Source of the DNA: Hydrurus foetidus
Taxonomy: Eukaryota
Assembly (NCBI GenBank): GCA_900617105.1
Contig: UYFQ01000771.1
Span: 1-50,421, forward strand
Reading direction: 5' to 3'
DNA: 50,421 nucleotides
Below the pieces are notes generated by a model, which ran no database searches, had not been told where the DNA came from, and saw only the letters and a program-made list of their open reading frames with translations. The translations under genes were made by a program, and so were the position numbers. Each line of letters opens with the position of its first letter. The stretch's first letter is position 1. Shown here one piece after another: positions 1 to 10,400 of this stretch.

Positions 1-1
1 C

Positions 2-1567
2 GGCGATGACGAGTGCAATCTTGATCGATGACGCATTGACATTACCGCAGTATACTGCGTAGGGGTCGAAGTCGACCCAGGGTATCATGAGATCACCACG
101 ACCTACGAGGCGGGCCTTTTTGGTACCATCAGTTTTGATACTGAAGAGCCACATCATTGGTACGAGGTGCTGGCCGGTGAAAGGGACAGACCGGAAGCAG
201 TTGTTGACTTCAAACTTTGTGCGCTCAGTGTTGATGGCCTGTTCCCACTCTGGGTACTGCATTGCGGTCCAGAAGTCTTTGGGGATGTAGGGATCCTTGA
301 TTTGGACTGCGATGTTGTAGTGCAGGACACGGAAGAGGTGAACAGGGAAGCATGTGGAAGAACTGGTGTAGGTGGACCAGTATATCATGTCATCGTTGAC
401 TGAGTGCTCTGTCTCAGGTACAGGGGTTATATAGTCGGGGTCGATAAGGGGTGCAGGTGAGGGGAGGCCGGGTAGGTCGACTCGCTCAGGCACCACAATA
501 GGGTCATTATCATTATCAGTATAGTAGAGGGACGGGATGAGGGCGAAGGCCTCGTCGGTAGGGAAGTGTGCATCTGAGTCATGCTTGAAGTTGTTGTGCA
601 TGTCGAAGATGACATCCTTACTGACTCGAACAGTACCGTAGGTGTTCTTGGGTAGTATTTCTAATACTAAATATTGTGGTACTAGTATAGATGTAAAACT
701 ATAACCAACGAACCGAGCACGGTAGGCACGAGGTGACCCAACTTTACTTTTCTGATCTTTGGGTGCGTGCTTGACATAGCAGGGTGCCCAGAATGGTCGA
801 AGCATCCTGATGTCCACGTGTTGCCCAGAAGTGAAGTGATACGGAGAAGTACCAATACGCTTGTTAAGGTTAAAGGAATGAGTAACACATGCATAGGACA
901 TTGCAAGGTCCCAGAACTTCATTGGCACATGCGGAACAGGGGTTATCATGGCAACGTTGGTCTTGAGAGCTACAATGCCGACTGCTCGCTCAGCGATGCC
1001 GTTGGCATGTTTGTCACGAGGTGCAGTGTGCTCAAGTCGGTATCGGTATCGGGCGCAAAGCGCAGTAAATTCTTCAGATCGGTAGTTGGCCTCTGGGTCA
1101 TGCCGGATGAAGCGATCAACCCCAGGGGTATTGTGGTTCCATTGGGGGGTTAGGTCGAAGAAGGCTGCAATGCGGGCACAGAGTTCAGAGGCGGACCGGT
1201 CTTTTGTATATACAGGATAGTATTGTCCCGACGCGAGGTCGGTGAGGATGTGAGTGTAACGGTAGTTACGGAATGATGGAGTCGAGTGGGTATAGGCATC
1301 CAAGGAGAACTGCTGGCCGACGAGGGTAGTGGTGTCTCTGTGAATGCGACGATAGTCTGTGGATGCTTGACGCATTGCGCCATGGGCGCATCCAGGACAG
1401 ACCGGACGGGAGGTGTGTGCATCTTTGGTGGTGAAGCGAGCATTGAGGGAATGATCGCGGTGCCATGCCATGCCTGGAAGACCGGGGTGGCCTGTGGCTT
1501 GATGCACGTGGTCGTACAGTGAAGCGGGAGTATAGTGTGTGACCAAAAGACTCTCCCGAGTGGTTGG
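2..1567 (-). CDS. Copia A pol: integrase and N-terminus of reverse transcriptase (open to the window edge; absent from the ORF track)
   Basis: Manual translation in the frame of 1568..3508: LYDHVHQATGHPG...VCPGCAHG...FSLDAY...RHDPEANY...ANGIAERAVG...FWDLAM...ARFVGY...VSKDVIFD...WEQAINTE...WLFSIKTDGTKKARLVGRGD; no stop codon down to position 2. Confidence 0.92.
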
Positions 1568-3658
1568 TCAGTAGGGAGTCTCCACGTAGAGGCCGTCTTG
1601 GACGGTTCCACGGGTGACCTCCTTTCCATGCTGAGCTACCAGTGCAATGTAGGGAAGGGCTGATGCAGTCTCATAGAAGCGGAAGTCTTTATGAGTGAAG
1701 ATGCCGATGAAGTGGTCGTTGGTGACACCGCCAGCGCAGAACTGGGAGACAGAGACAAGGGTGCTGTCGCCTAGTGCAGGGAGAAGGAGGGTGCTAAGCT
1801 CCAACGGTCCGAGGCTGCCTTGGTGTGTTGGTGTCATGGACGGACCGAATGCAGGGGTGACTGTGACGGATGTGCTGACAGGTTCAATGCTGGTAAGACG
1901 TTGGGAGCGGCCGGTGCCAGAGCGTGAAGCACCAGAGTCGAAGATGACCTTGTCGGGGACGTGGAACGAGTTGAGTCTCTCATGTTGGGACTTGACGACG
2001 AATGTGTTGAGCTTGGAGTCGGAGGTACCGCCGGATGGTGCAGGAGGGCGAGCTGATGCAAGCGGAGGGCGAGTACTGTTGAAGGCATGTCGGACATTTG
2101 TCGAGCGTTGAGATCCGACTGGTGGAGTCATTCGGTGGCGCTGGGCACGAGGCATAGTGAAAGGCGAGTCGGATGCAAGTGGTTGCGCGGCTTGCCAACG
2201 TTTGAGTGACCCGGTAAGAGGGTCAGAGGGTGTCGATGGAACAGGTGGTAACGGAGTATTGAACTCCGGAAGCGTAGTGGGAATCGATGCAGAAGGTGAG
2301 GCGGAAGAGGATGCGGACGAGGACGAGGTAGTGTCTTGACGCTTAGTGTCCCCTTGAGCCTGGTCTTTCTGGAATGCGATGCCGCGCTTCCTGGCGTTGT
2401 ACCGCTGAAGTTCCATGGATGCGTCCGGTGGTACCCATGGGGATGCGTCTGATGGAGGGACCATGAGACGTGTGACGGCTCCATGTAGGTAGTTGACATA
2501 AGAGAGGGCGCATCGAGGGCCACTGATGTTATGTGTTGGACAGGACATGTTGTACGGGAGGAAACAGATGGAGTCTTCGACAGAGGATTCCGAATCGCTC
2601 TCATAGTTCCGCAAAGTGTATCTTTGGCGTATGTTCTGTGGGGCTGTAGATGCTGCGAGGTCCCTGGCGAGAGATACTGTGCGGTAGTGTGACTCGGTGG
2701 GTTCAACAGGATCGGGTCCGACGAAGAGGCTGTTGGGTGTAACATGAAATGCATCGGGTAGGACATGCTGGATTACGACTCGAATAGCTTGGATGAATGA
2801 CTCGTTCGATCCAGTTCGTGTCATAAGACCGTCAACGTGCGCATCAACTTCCGTGAGCATGAGTATGCGAAGTGTGGGAATGTTGTGCCAGGAGTTGCCG
2901 GGTGCATTGGCATATCGGGCAAGCTGTGCTGCGACCCAGGAGGCACAGTCGTAGATGAGGACACTTTCAAATATCGCCATGTGGTCTGGACTGATCTGGT
3001 CGTCGAGGTACAGAGCAGTGTGGACGAGGAAGTAAAAGAAAATGTTCCCGACTGTGGACTGATAGGTGGTGATGTCTTCAATCAAGGTTGGATTGAAGGT
3101 GCGGTAGTGCCCTGGGTCATACTCAAGATTGGGTGGAGTCGGCGGCTCAGTGTTGGCGAGCAGCAGGTTGCGAGCAATCTTGTGGATGAGGTTCATATAC
3201 CGAGAGTATCCGTCTCTGACATCAGCGCGGCAGTTGCTGAGGGTGGTTGGGGATACCCAGCCGAAAATAGCGAGGTATATATGAGGCGCCGGTGTAGGGG
3301 ATCCAGGCAAGGCGGGACGGTTCACATAGATGATGAAGTCATTTGCTGAGAGGGGCTGCTGATGAATGCGGTGGTGGACCACAGTGTAGTACTGAAGGAT
3401 GTACGTGGAGCATTGTCGGCAGATACCCTGGAAGACAGTGGAGGAGGTGACTTCGTCATTGGTGAGGAAGGCCCAGGTACGTGTGAAGGCATCGACTTCT
3501 TCTTGCATTGGGGTCCCATATGTTGGCGAGGAGATGTTCTGATGGCGCGGCGTGTCCCATGCTGTAGCATTCTCTGGGGCGACAGGAGTCGGGGGTACCC
3601 AGGAGTACTGGGGTAGATGCTGGTTGAGTATGTTCGGAACGTACGTACGGTCGGAGCA
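1568..3658 (-). CDS. Copia A middle segment: unknown ~550-aa region followed by aspartic protease
   Basis: The 646-aa ORF extends without a stop up to 3658. Protease motif VIFDSGASRS near 1930-1950, then TLVSVSQF and DGLY motifs typical of Copia PR/pre-integrase. Bounded by in-frame TAA (3659-3661) and TGA (1568-1570). Confidence 0.85.
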   Translation of the reverse strand, partial: CSDRTYVPNILNQHLPQYSWVPPTPVAPENATAWDTPRHQNISSPTYGTPMQEEVDAFTRTWAFLTNDEVTSSTVFQGICRQCSTYILQYYTVVHHRIHQQPLSANDFIIYVNRPALPGSPTPAPHIYLAIFGWVSPTTLSNCRADVRDGYSRYMNLIHKIARNLLLANTEPPTPPNLEYDPGHYRTFNPTLIEDITTYQSTVGNIFFYFLVHTALYLDDQISPDHMAIFESVLIYDCASWVAAQLARYANAPGNSWHNIPTLRILMLTEVDAHVDGLMTRTGSNESFIQAIRVVIQHVLPDAFHVTPNSLFVGPDPVEPTESHYRTVSLARDLAASTAPQNIRQRYTLRNYESDSESSVEDSICFLPYNMSCPTHNISGPRCALSYVNYLHGAVTRLMVPPSDASPWVPPDASMELQRYNARKRGIAFQKDQAQGDTKRQDTTSSSSASSSASPSASIPTTLPEFNTPLPPVPSTPSDPLTGSLKRWQAAQPLASDSPFTMPRAQRHRMTPPVGSQRSTNVRHAFNSTRPPLASARPPAPSGGTSDSKLNTFVVKSQHERLNSFHVPDKVIFDSGASRSGTGRSQRLTSIEPVSTSVTVTPAFGPSMTPTHQGSLGPLELSTLLLPALGDSTLVSVSQFCAGGVTNDHFIGIFTHKDFRFYETASALPYIALVAQHGKEVTRGTVQDGLYVETPY

Positions 3659-5233
3659 TTAAGGGAGAGGCGGCATTAGAAGATGGACGAGTTGGAGATC
3701 GCAGTGGTGAGTGTCCTGATGGAGGAGTCCTGGCGGAAGTGCTAACTCGAGAGGAGGATTAGACGGTGTATCCGGAGGAGGTGCTGGGTCAGTGTCGGTG
3801 ACTCGGAACATGTTGAGGGAGAAGCGCACATACCCGGAGGGTTCGGCGTTATCCAAAAGCGTGTTGTTCTGCCATCCGTCCTCAGGGTTGATGTTGGGTC
3901 CGTTGGTAAGAAGCTTCATGGGGATGTTGCTCTTGAGGTAAGGGACGCGACCATCAATACTCGTCACTGGGAAGGTCTGCTTGGGAGGGTACTTGCCCTT
4001 GGCTTTGATCCGGTTCTTGTCCGTGACTGGAGCGGATCCAGGTGGGGCAGGAGGATGTGCTTTGCCAGAGGGAGGTGTCGCTGCCGGTGGCTTAGCAGGA
4101 GCATGATAGTACTTGCACTTGTTACCGAGAAGGCAGGTACCAGCGAGGAACTTGCGGCAGGCTTCAGGGGTAGTGGACAAGGCAGCTATCTTGACCGGCT
4201 TGTCTTGTAGGAGGGCATACTCGGAATAGACAACAGCTCTCTCCAAAGTTTGGTGATAGGTGAGCATGTTGCTATGGCAGGACATAAAGTAGGATTTGGT
4301 GTTGGGGCGGTGGTCGTTCATGAAGGCGTTGTGAAGGAATTGAAGGCGCTCCTGCTCGGTGCTCGGTCTGGCCTGGGCATACTCGAATTCTGTCATTAAC
4401 GTTGTAAACCTCACTAAATCCTCTTGAAAACAAGTAGCCGTGGAGCCCTTGAAGTTTTGTAGAAGCCGCCGAAGTCGGTTGATGTCTGCTTCAGTATGTC
4501 CGTAGTAGTGCTTGTGCATACGTTTATAAATAGCGATCCCATCGCGAGAGGTAAAGGAATCGGCACATAGATAGTGGGTAGACTCGCTGAAAGCGTTCAA
4601 CATGACGTTGTAGAGACGTTTCTTGTCGTGGGCCCATCGTGTAACATCGTCGGCGGGTACATAATTGAAGGTGCCGTCCAAATTCTCCGACGTTGTAGGC
4701 TCCGAGTATCCTGATGGGTTAAGTCTCGTTGGGATTGGCTCGCGACGCGTGCCCATCGCCATTGGGTAGAGTCCAACGACATGGAGCATGTTGTCGAGAG
4801 CTTTGAAGCGCTTGTTAGATCCCACAGTCGTTGTGGTGATCTGGTTTTGCTTGATGCTATCCATTTCTGAAGAGGTCGTCAGAACGAGATCGAGTTTTAG
4901 CCGTTTTAGCTCCAAAACGGATTCCAAAGCGGCATTATATGATAGCCCATGTGCTGAAACTTCTGCCGAAGTTTGGCGCGGTGGCGTGGCTTCCTCTGCA
5001 TGGGAGCCTCGTCGAGGTCGGTTTGGTGTCGAAGGATTTTGACGATTTGCCGTCGAGCTGGTGACCAAATTTTGAGTTTGGGCTCTTATGGCCTCGGCGA
5101 CACGTTGATCGAACTCTGCAAGGGTCATGGAGAGCATGCGCGGCAGCTGGGCGCGGCTGGGAGTCTCTAGCCCAGTTGGGTCATGGTATTCCTCGTTGTT
5201 TTGGTCTGTGTTGTCGGACGATCGTAGCATCAT
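3659..5233 (-). CDS. Copia A gag-like protein with CCCH zinc finger
   Basis: First ATG after the PBS is at 5233. Gag-like core (DGIAIYKRMHKHYYG...RLRRLLQNFK) and C-x7-C-x5-C-x3-H motif CRKFLAGTCLLGNKCKYYH at 4103-4159. Confidence 0.8.
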   Translation of the reverse strand: MMLRSSDNTDQNNEEYHDPTGLETPSRAQLPRMLSMTLAEFDQRVAEAIRAQTQNLVTSSTANRQNPSTPNRPRRGSHAEEATPPRQTSAEVSAHGLSYNAALESVLELKRLKLDLVLTTSSEMDSIKQNQITTTTVGSNKRFKALDNMLHVVGLYPMAMGTRREPIPTRLNPSGYSEPTTSENLDGTFNYVPADDVTRWAHDKKRLYNVMLNAFSESTHYLCADSFTSRDGIAIYKRMHKHYYGHTEADINRLRRLLQNFKGSTATCFQEDLVRFTTLMTEFEYAQARPSTEQERLQFLHNAFMNDHRPNTKSYFMSCHSNMLTYHQTLERAVVYSEYALLQDKPVKIAALSTTPEACRKFLAGTCLLGNKCKYYHAPAKPPAATPPSGKAHPPAPPGSAPVTDKNRIKAKGKYPPKQTFPVTSIDGRVPYLKSNIPMKLLTNGPNINPEDGWQNNTLLDNAEPSGYVRFSLNMFRVTDTDPAPPPDTPSNPPLELALPPGLLHQDTHHCDLQLVHLLMPPLP

Positions 5234-5315
5234 GGCCGACTTGAGATATCTGTTGTGTTGAGATACCGTTGATATATTGATACTATATCGATGATTGCTG
5301 AACTTTCTATGCAAT

Positions 5316-5323
5316 CGCTACCA
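5316..5323 (-). promoter_or_regulatory. Primer-binding site of Copia A (TGGTAGCG, initiator tRNA-Met type)
   Basis: Minus strand reads ...CTCACA|TGGTAGCGA directly after the LTR end; TGGTAGCG matches the start of the Ty1-type iMet PBS. Confidence 0.75.
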
Positions 5324-5831
5324 TGTGAGTCAGACTGTGGAGTGAAGCGAGCTACCTGTTGGCTGCGGAAGCGCAAAGGAAAGACTGGCTGATGGAAGTG
5401 GTCTCGGAAGACGTGTTTACTTACAACGATCAAGTAGTAAAACAACTGGCGATGATATCAGAGAAGACAACCATCAAAGAAGCAAAGCAAAGCATCCATT
5501 GTGCATGAAATGGTGATCGCCGAAGTGGAAACATATTCAGCGAATATTCAAGTTGGCGATTGAGCAATGGGCGGAACCCTCGCTGCTCATGAAATCGGAT
5601 GCTTGGTGGAAACCGGATACCTGGTGGAAATCCGGATGCTTGGTGGTGAAAAACCGGATGCTTGGTGATGGCCCCGAAGGGGGATATCGCTAGAAGAACG
5701 ATGAGCGTATGTACACAACAGTGTATGGCGGTGTTTTGGGTGAGGAAGCGCTACACTACTTGTGACATGTGAATGCTAATCTACAGATGAAACTATGCTA
5801 ACAGATCATGCATGAATATGCTGGACTGACA
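5324..5831 (-). repeat. 5' LTR of Copia A (~508 bp)
   Basis: Termini TGTCAGTC...GACTCACA (7/8 inverted repeat, TG...CA) abutting the PBS. The partner LTR is outside the window, so the outer boundary is inferred. Confidence 0.7.
5597..5670. repeat. Four ~19-22 bp tandem repeats (CCGGATGCTTGGTGGAAA-like) within LTR A
   Basis: GGATGCTTGGTG/GGATACCTGGTG occurs four times in succession. Confidence 0.75.
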
Positions 5832-5832
5832 G

Positions 5833-6587
5833 TATGACAAAATGGCTAATTTGAAGATCAAAGCCTGGAAAACACTATGGCTATCAGATGATGATATTTA
5901 TCGCCCACCAGTTGTTAACAAGATCAAAGGAACAAAAAAAAAGCGGAGGTAGAGGGGGATCCGATCGCGAATGTGGCTGAAAATGACGATACAGAAGATG
6001 GTGAGAAAATAGGTACTCTTCAGGCATTCCATGGTGTTGGTACGAGAGGTCTCTTTTACTTTTTTGCAGAACACAGAGACGGACTTGGGGTACGACTTAG
6101 TGGTTGTCACTGTCCATTTTGTGTGAGATGTTACAGAAAAAACGGGATTGGGTCAATGCCTACAGGGTGCCTGAGTAATGAGCCATATCAGTATATTGTT
6201 TGCAACCGACTCGACGATGAGTGGACAAAACAAACATCATACCTTACAACTAGATTATCAGAGGGCTTAAGGGGTCAGGTGAAACAAGGTGATATAATAG
6301 CAGTGGCGAGTAAATGTCACCTAAAGGGATCAAATAATTGCATTTATGATTCCTTCGATATAGTGGAAGTTTTATTGATTCAAGATTCAACATTTACTGT
6401 CAACGTCTTCACTCGTCAACCGAATACACCAACTTATCATAACAGTGCTCCCGATAAAAGCATTGCTGTTTCTCATGCAAGCATACGTTACTTAGTATCT
6501 GATGCATGCTTAACGGTAGATTTTCGTGTTACATTGGATAGCATCACTCTAGAAAATATTGTAAAATCATATTTCAATGGTGTTTGA
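5833..6587 (+). pseudogene. 3' part of a gene interrupted by Copia A; Cys-rich C-terminal region, possibly of a DNA transposase (Sola2-like)
   Basis: Reading frame begins at the LTR edge (YDKMANLKIKAW...), shifts in the A9 run 5934-5942 into the 204-aa ORF with GTRGLFYF...VRLSGCHCPFC...C. Family assignment is from recollected motif resemblance only. Confidence 0.35.
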
Positions 6588-7066
6588 AGAATGGTAGAAA
6601 ATTGACCTTTGATTTTTGTTTAGAAGTGTTTTCGGCGACTTTTGACCCCTAAAACCCTGGGGTAAATATCCCCATATTTTGTAACGATTATATCTTTCAA
6701 AAAAAAAATTTTTTAATCGCTTCATATGGCTAATAAATAACGTTTAGATGTACCTTGACACAAAACCTGGAGTTGGGAGACTAAAAATTGAGAGAGTTAC
6801 AACGTTTCTAACTTCCCCCATATAACGGACGGGTACGGTGACCGTGGGGTTCGCCCTGAGTGTTCTGTAATGTTACAGCATAATAAAATTGACGATGGTG
6901 CATTGGTACAGGACTGAAAATTGTGCTCTTTTTCATGTCAAATAATTTTTTTTTCATGCAGCTATACGGTTCTAAAAATAAAAACGGTTTTTCTCTAGTT
7001 TCCGTTGTTTCCTCCCTTCCTATACCTAGACTCAAATCTGAGGCCAGCTTTCTAAAAGTCGAAGGC

Positions 7067-7388
7067 TGTTGGATATATCTGAGTTCATGACACGAACACA
7101 TTATGTGTACTTATGCATTCGTACAGCGGCGTACGGATTTATCTGTGTGTGTGTGTGTGTGTGTATTACGAAGATGTACGAGCCTAGAAAGTCACCGTAC
7201 TTCAAGAAGTAGTGTAAGATTTGAATTTGTAATGGCATCGAAATTGACTGGTGCCTTCAGTGGGGATGAAGCACAGTCTAATTAACAAGTGATTATCGAT
7301 ACTCTATATCCCATTTCACGAGTCTTGGCAAGTGAGCTAGTGTTCCGAAGGTCCACGTTCTACCCAGGAATCGAAAGGTTCTCCAACA
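7067..7388 (+). repeat. Copia B 5' LTR
   Basis: TGTTGGA...TCCAACA terminal inverted repeat; direct repeat at offset 5223; contains (TG)10. Confidence 0.96.
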
Positions 7389-7400
7389 TAATTAGACTGT
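7389..7400 (+). promoter_or_regulatory. Non-tRNA primer-binding site of Copia B, complementary to LTR 7273-7284
   Basis: TAATTAGACTGT is the exact reverse complement of ACAGTCTAATTA at 7273-7284; no TGG-starting PBS is present. Confidence 0.75.
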
Positions 7401-7412
7401 CGAGGCATTGGC

Positions 7413-10400
7413 ATGCCACCTAAATGCGCCGTTGAAGCGGTGAAAAGCACAGAGGAATGCATCCTTCAAATCGGCAAATTTAATAACATCATAAAATGGC
7501 GCGAAAGCATGCAAACGATAGTCACAGAACTATACGGCATAGTCGGGATGTTCTTCACTACGGATGTGAGATATGAACTCCCGCGCACCGCAATCAAATA
7601 TCCCGAAGCATCCGCATCGGAAGACTCAACATCAGAATCAGAAGACGAACTCGAAGGCGAGGCCGTCAGACCGATAGTACCGCCCGAAGTACGTGCCGCG
7701 TAGGCAGCGGGAAAAGCAGCGAGAGACGCCGCACGAGAAAGTCGAAACGAGCGACGTCGCCGCAGCAATGACAGATCGAGAGCAAAGTATAAAGAGGAGG
7801 AATACCTCCAGAGGAAACGCGACCTCAAGGCACAGAAGGAGCACGAGCGCACTATCTTCCCCATGATGTGGAAGCGTATGTCGACGGACTCCCAGAGTCG
7901 CGTCAAGGAAGAGGACGGGTATCGCACTGCCTACCTCACACTGGACTGTGTCCTACTATGGACCCTCATAAGAAGAACACACCTCACCCACATGTTCGGC
8001 GACACGGACCCGATGAAGGAAATCAATCAGCACGAACAGGAGAGTAAGTACGGGATGATGAGGCAGGGCGAGAGAGAGTTGATCACGACCTTCAAGGCCA
8101 GATTCGACGAGCAAGTCCTAGCGAACGATGCAGTTGGAGTCGCCAAGATCACCGACACCCTGCGTGCACTCGACTTCATCGGAAAGCTCGACCCAAAGCG
8201 ATACAGACGGATGATGACGGAGATGAGAAACGACGCACTCAGACAGAAACCGGATGCTTACCCCAAATCTCTCGCTGCCGCCTTCAGGATCGCCTCACAG
8301 TGGCGCAGTGACGGCACTCCAGCCACGGTACAATCACCCCTAGGGGCGTCGGCATTCGCCACGGAAGAAGTCCACGTCACCGCATCCAAGGATACCGAGA
8401 AGAGAACCGGGAAGACCGGAGGGGTCAGAAAGAAGTCGCTAGAAGACGTTGACTGCTACGCCTGTGATGGAAAGGGACACTATGCGAGGAATTGCCCGAA
8501 CAAGAAACCGTCATCAGAGAAAGTCCACGTATCGAAGGCTGAACCTGACAGTGACGATGAGAGCGAGAGAGACGATTGGGGAGTTGCACTCGTCACCGCA
8601 ACCGAGAAATGTCTGTTCTCACAGTACGATGTGCTGCTAGACAATGAAGCGTCATTGAACATCTTCAGCAACAAAGACCTCCTTACCGGAATCAGACGGG
8701 CAGAGAGGACGATCAAAGTAAGCGGGATACAATCTGGCGATGGAGTGACTGTGGATCGCGAAGGCGAGTTCGGCGAGTTCGGAACAGTTTTCTACAGTGG
8801 AGAGGCGTCAGCTAACATCCTATCATTTGCGTCACAGGTGGATGCAGGAGCAAATATCAGATATGACTATGTGAAGGACTGCTTTACTCTACGTCCTAAA
8901 GGAAGCATGAATGTATATCGTTTCGGGAGGAAGACAGTTCCCGGGAGCGAGGGCAGATTCTACTCCTGCGATTGGAGGAGTGTAGAAGTCGAGTCAGCGA
9001 TGATCGCCACCGTAGAACAGAACTCGCGAGCCTTCACGAGGCGCGAGATAGAGCGAGCGAGGGCTGCGCGAGAACTCATGGCTCGGATGGGATTTCCCTC
9101 GGTAGCAACAGCGATGTCGATAGTCAACGCGGGGAGCAATTTCGATATATCTGCGAGAGACTTCCAAGTTGCTGAATCGATTTGGGGTAGAGACTTGGCA
9201 TCGATTAAAGGGAAAACAACGAAACGAGCTACCGTAGCTGCTGATGTAACGATCAAGTCTAAAATCGTCCAGAGGGATCAGGTGCTATCAATCGATATTA
9301 TGTTTATTGACAAAATAGCTATACTGATCGGTGTGGCTACTCCTCTAGGACTAACTATGGCCTACAGCCTCAATAACTTGGTGCTAAAGAAGTCCAGCCG
9401 AGCAACAGAGCACGTGCGAAAAGGAATAGCCCATTTCCTAGGAGTGCTGGGATCGCAGGGTTTCAAGACATCAGTAATTATGAGCGATGGAGAAGGCGCA
9501 GTGATGACGCTGGTGGACGAGCTAGGAAAACTTGGAGTGGACGTCGATATCAGTGGAGCTGGTGGACACGTAGCAAGAGTTGAGCGAAAGATCAGAATCA
9601 TCAAGGAGAGAGTTAGGTCCCACGCAGCAGGGCATTTGTCTTTTACTTTATCGAGTGTAGGTATCGTTATGTGCGTACTGTACGTAGTGTCACGGCTGAA
9701 TTATGAACCGTACAGTGAGCGAGAGCACGGACCGAGTCCTAGAGAAGCATTCATTGGGAGGAAACCAGACGGGAAAAGAGATTTTAGATGCTCATTTGGT
9801 GATTATGTGCAGTGTACTGTACCTAAAACAGACTCGACTCTAAAATCTCGCACCGAAGATTGCATTGTTATGCTCCCACTTGGGAACCGAACTGGAACAG
9901 TGAGAATGCTGTCACTAGCGACAGGGAAGCTAGTTAACCGAGACCAATTTATCATATTGCCAATGCCGGAGTCAGTAATCAAGAGGATGAATGCACTTGC
10001 GCTTGCAGACGGTAGGGTGAAAGGCAAGGGTGACATGGAGAAAACTGACAGGCCATTTGAGCAGATTAGCGACATTGTAGACGGCCTACCTGAGACGATG
10101 GAAACAATTGTCAACGAGGGTGTAGACCCTTCAACTGACCTACATGACATGAACCACAGCCCCGAGTTGATATATGAAGAGATAGTCGAACGAGTGGATG
10201 TAGCACATCCGGACGAGCAGTGCGAAGAGGAGACTGTATATGCCGATGACATGATACCGACAGTGATGCCAGCAGAGAGAGTGCGAGTGGAACCGAGGGT
10301 GGTGGACATGGACGACATGATGAACAGCTTCAGAGAGCTAGCAGTAGGAGTACCTCACACTGCACCACTCGATACAGCTGACGAACACGGTGTGCCGGAA

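Larger units (their letters stand above)
1..5831 (-). mobile_element. Ty1/Copia LTR retrotransposon A (5' LTR, PBS, gag-PR-IN-RT; 3' part lies outside the window)
   Basis: Domain order PR (VIFDSGAS), IN (HQATGH...CPGC; ANGIAER), RT start (KKARLVGRGD) is the Copia order; LTR and PBS lie upstream of gag. Confidence 0.93.

Noticed and set aside
7240..7400. Hammerhead ribozyme in LTR B/C (CGAAA is present)
   Set aside because: No CTGANGA core in the required position in either LTR.
1568..7703. Alternative genetic code explaining the in-frame stops
   Set aside because: Three different stops (TGA, TAA, TAG) occur once each, and TAA, TAG and TGA all terminate other ORFs normally here.
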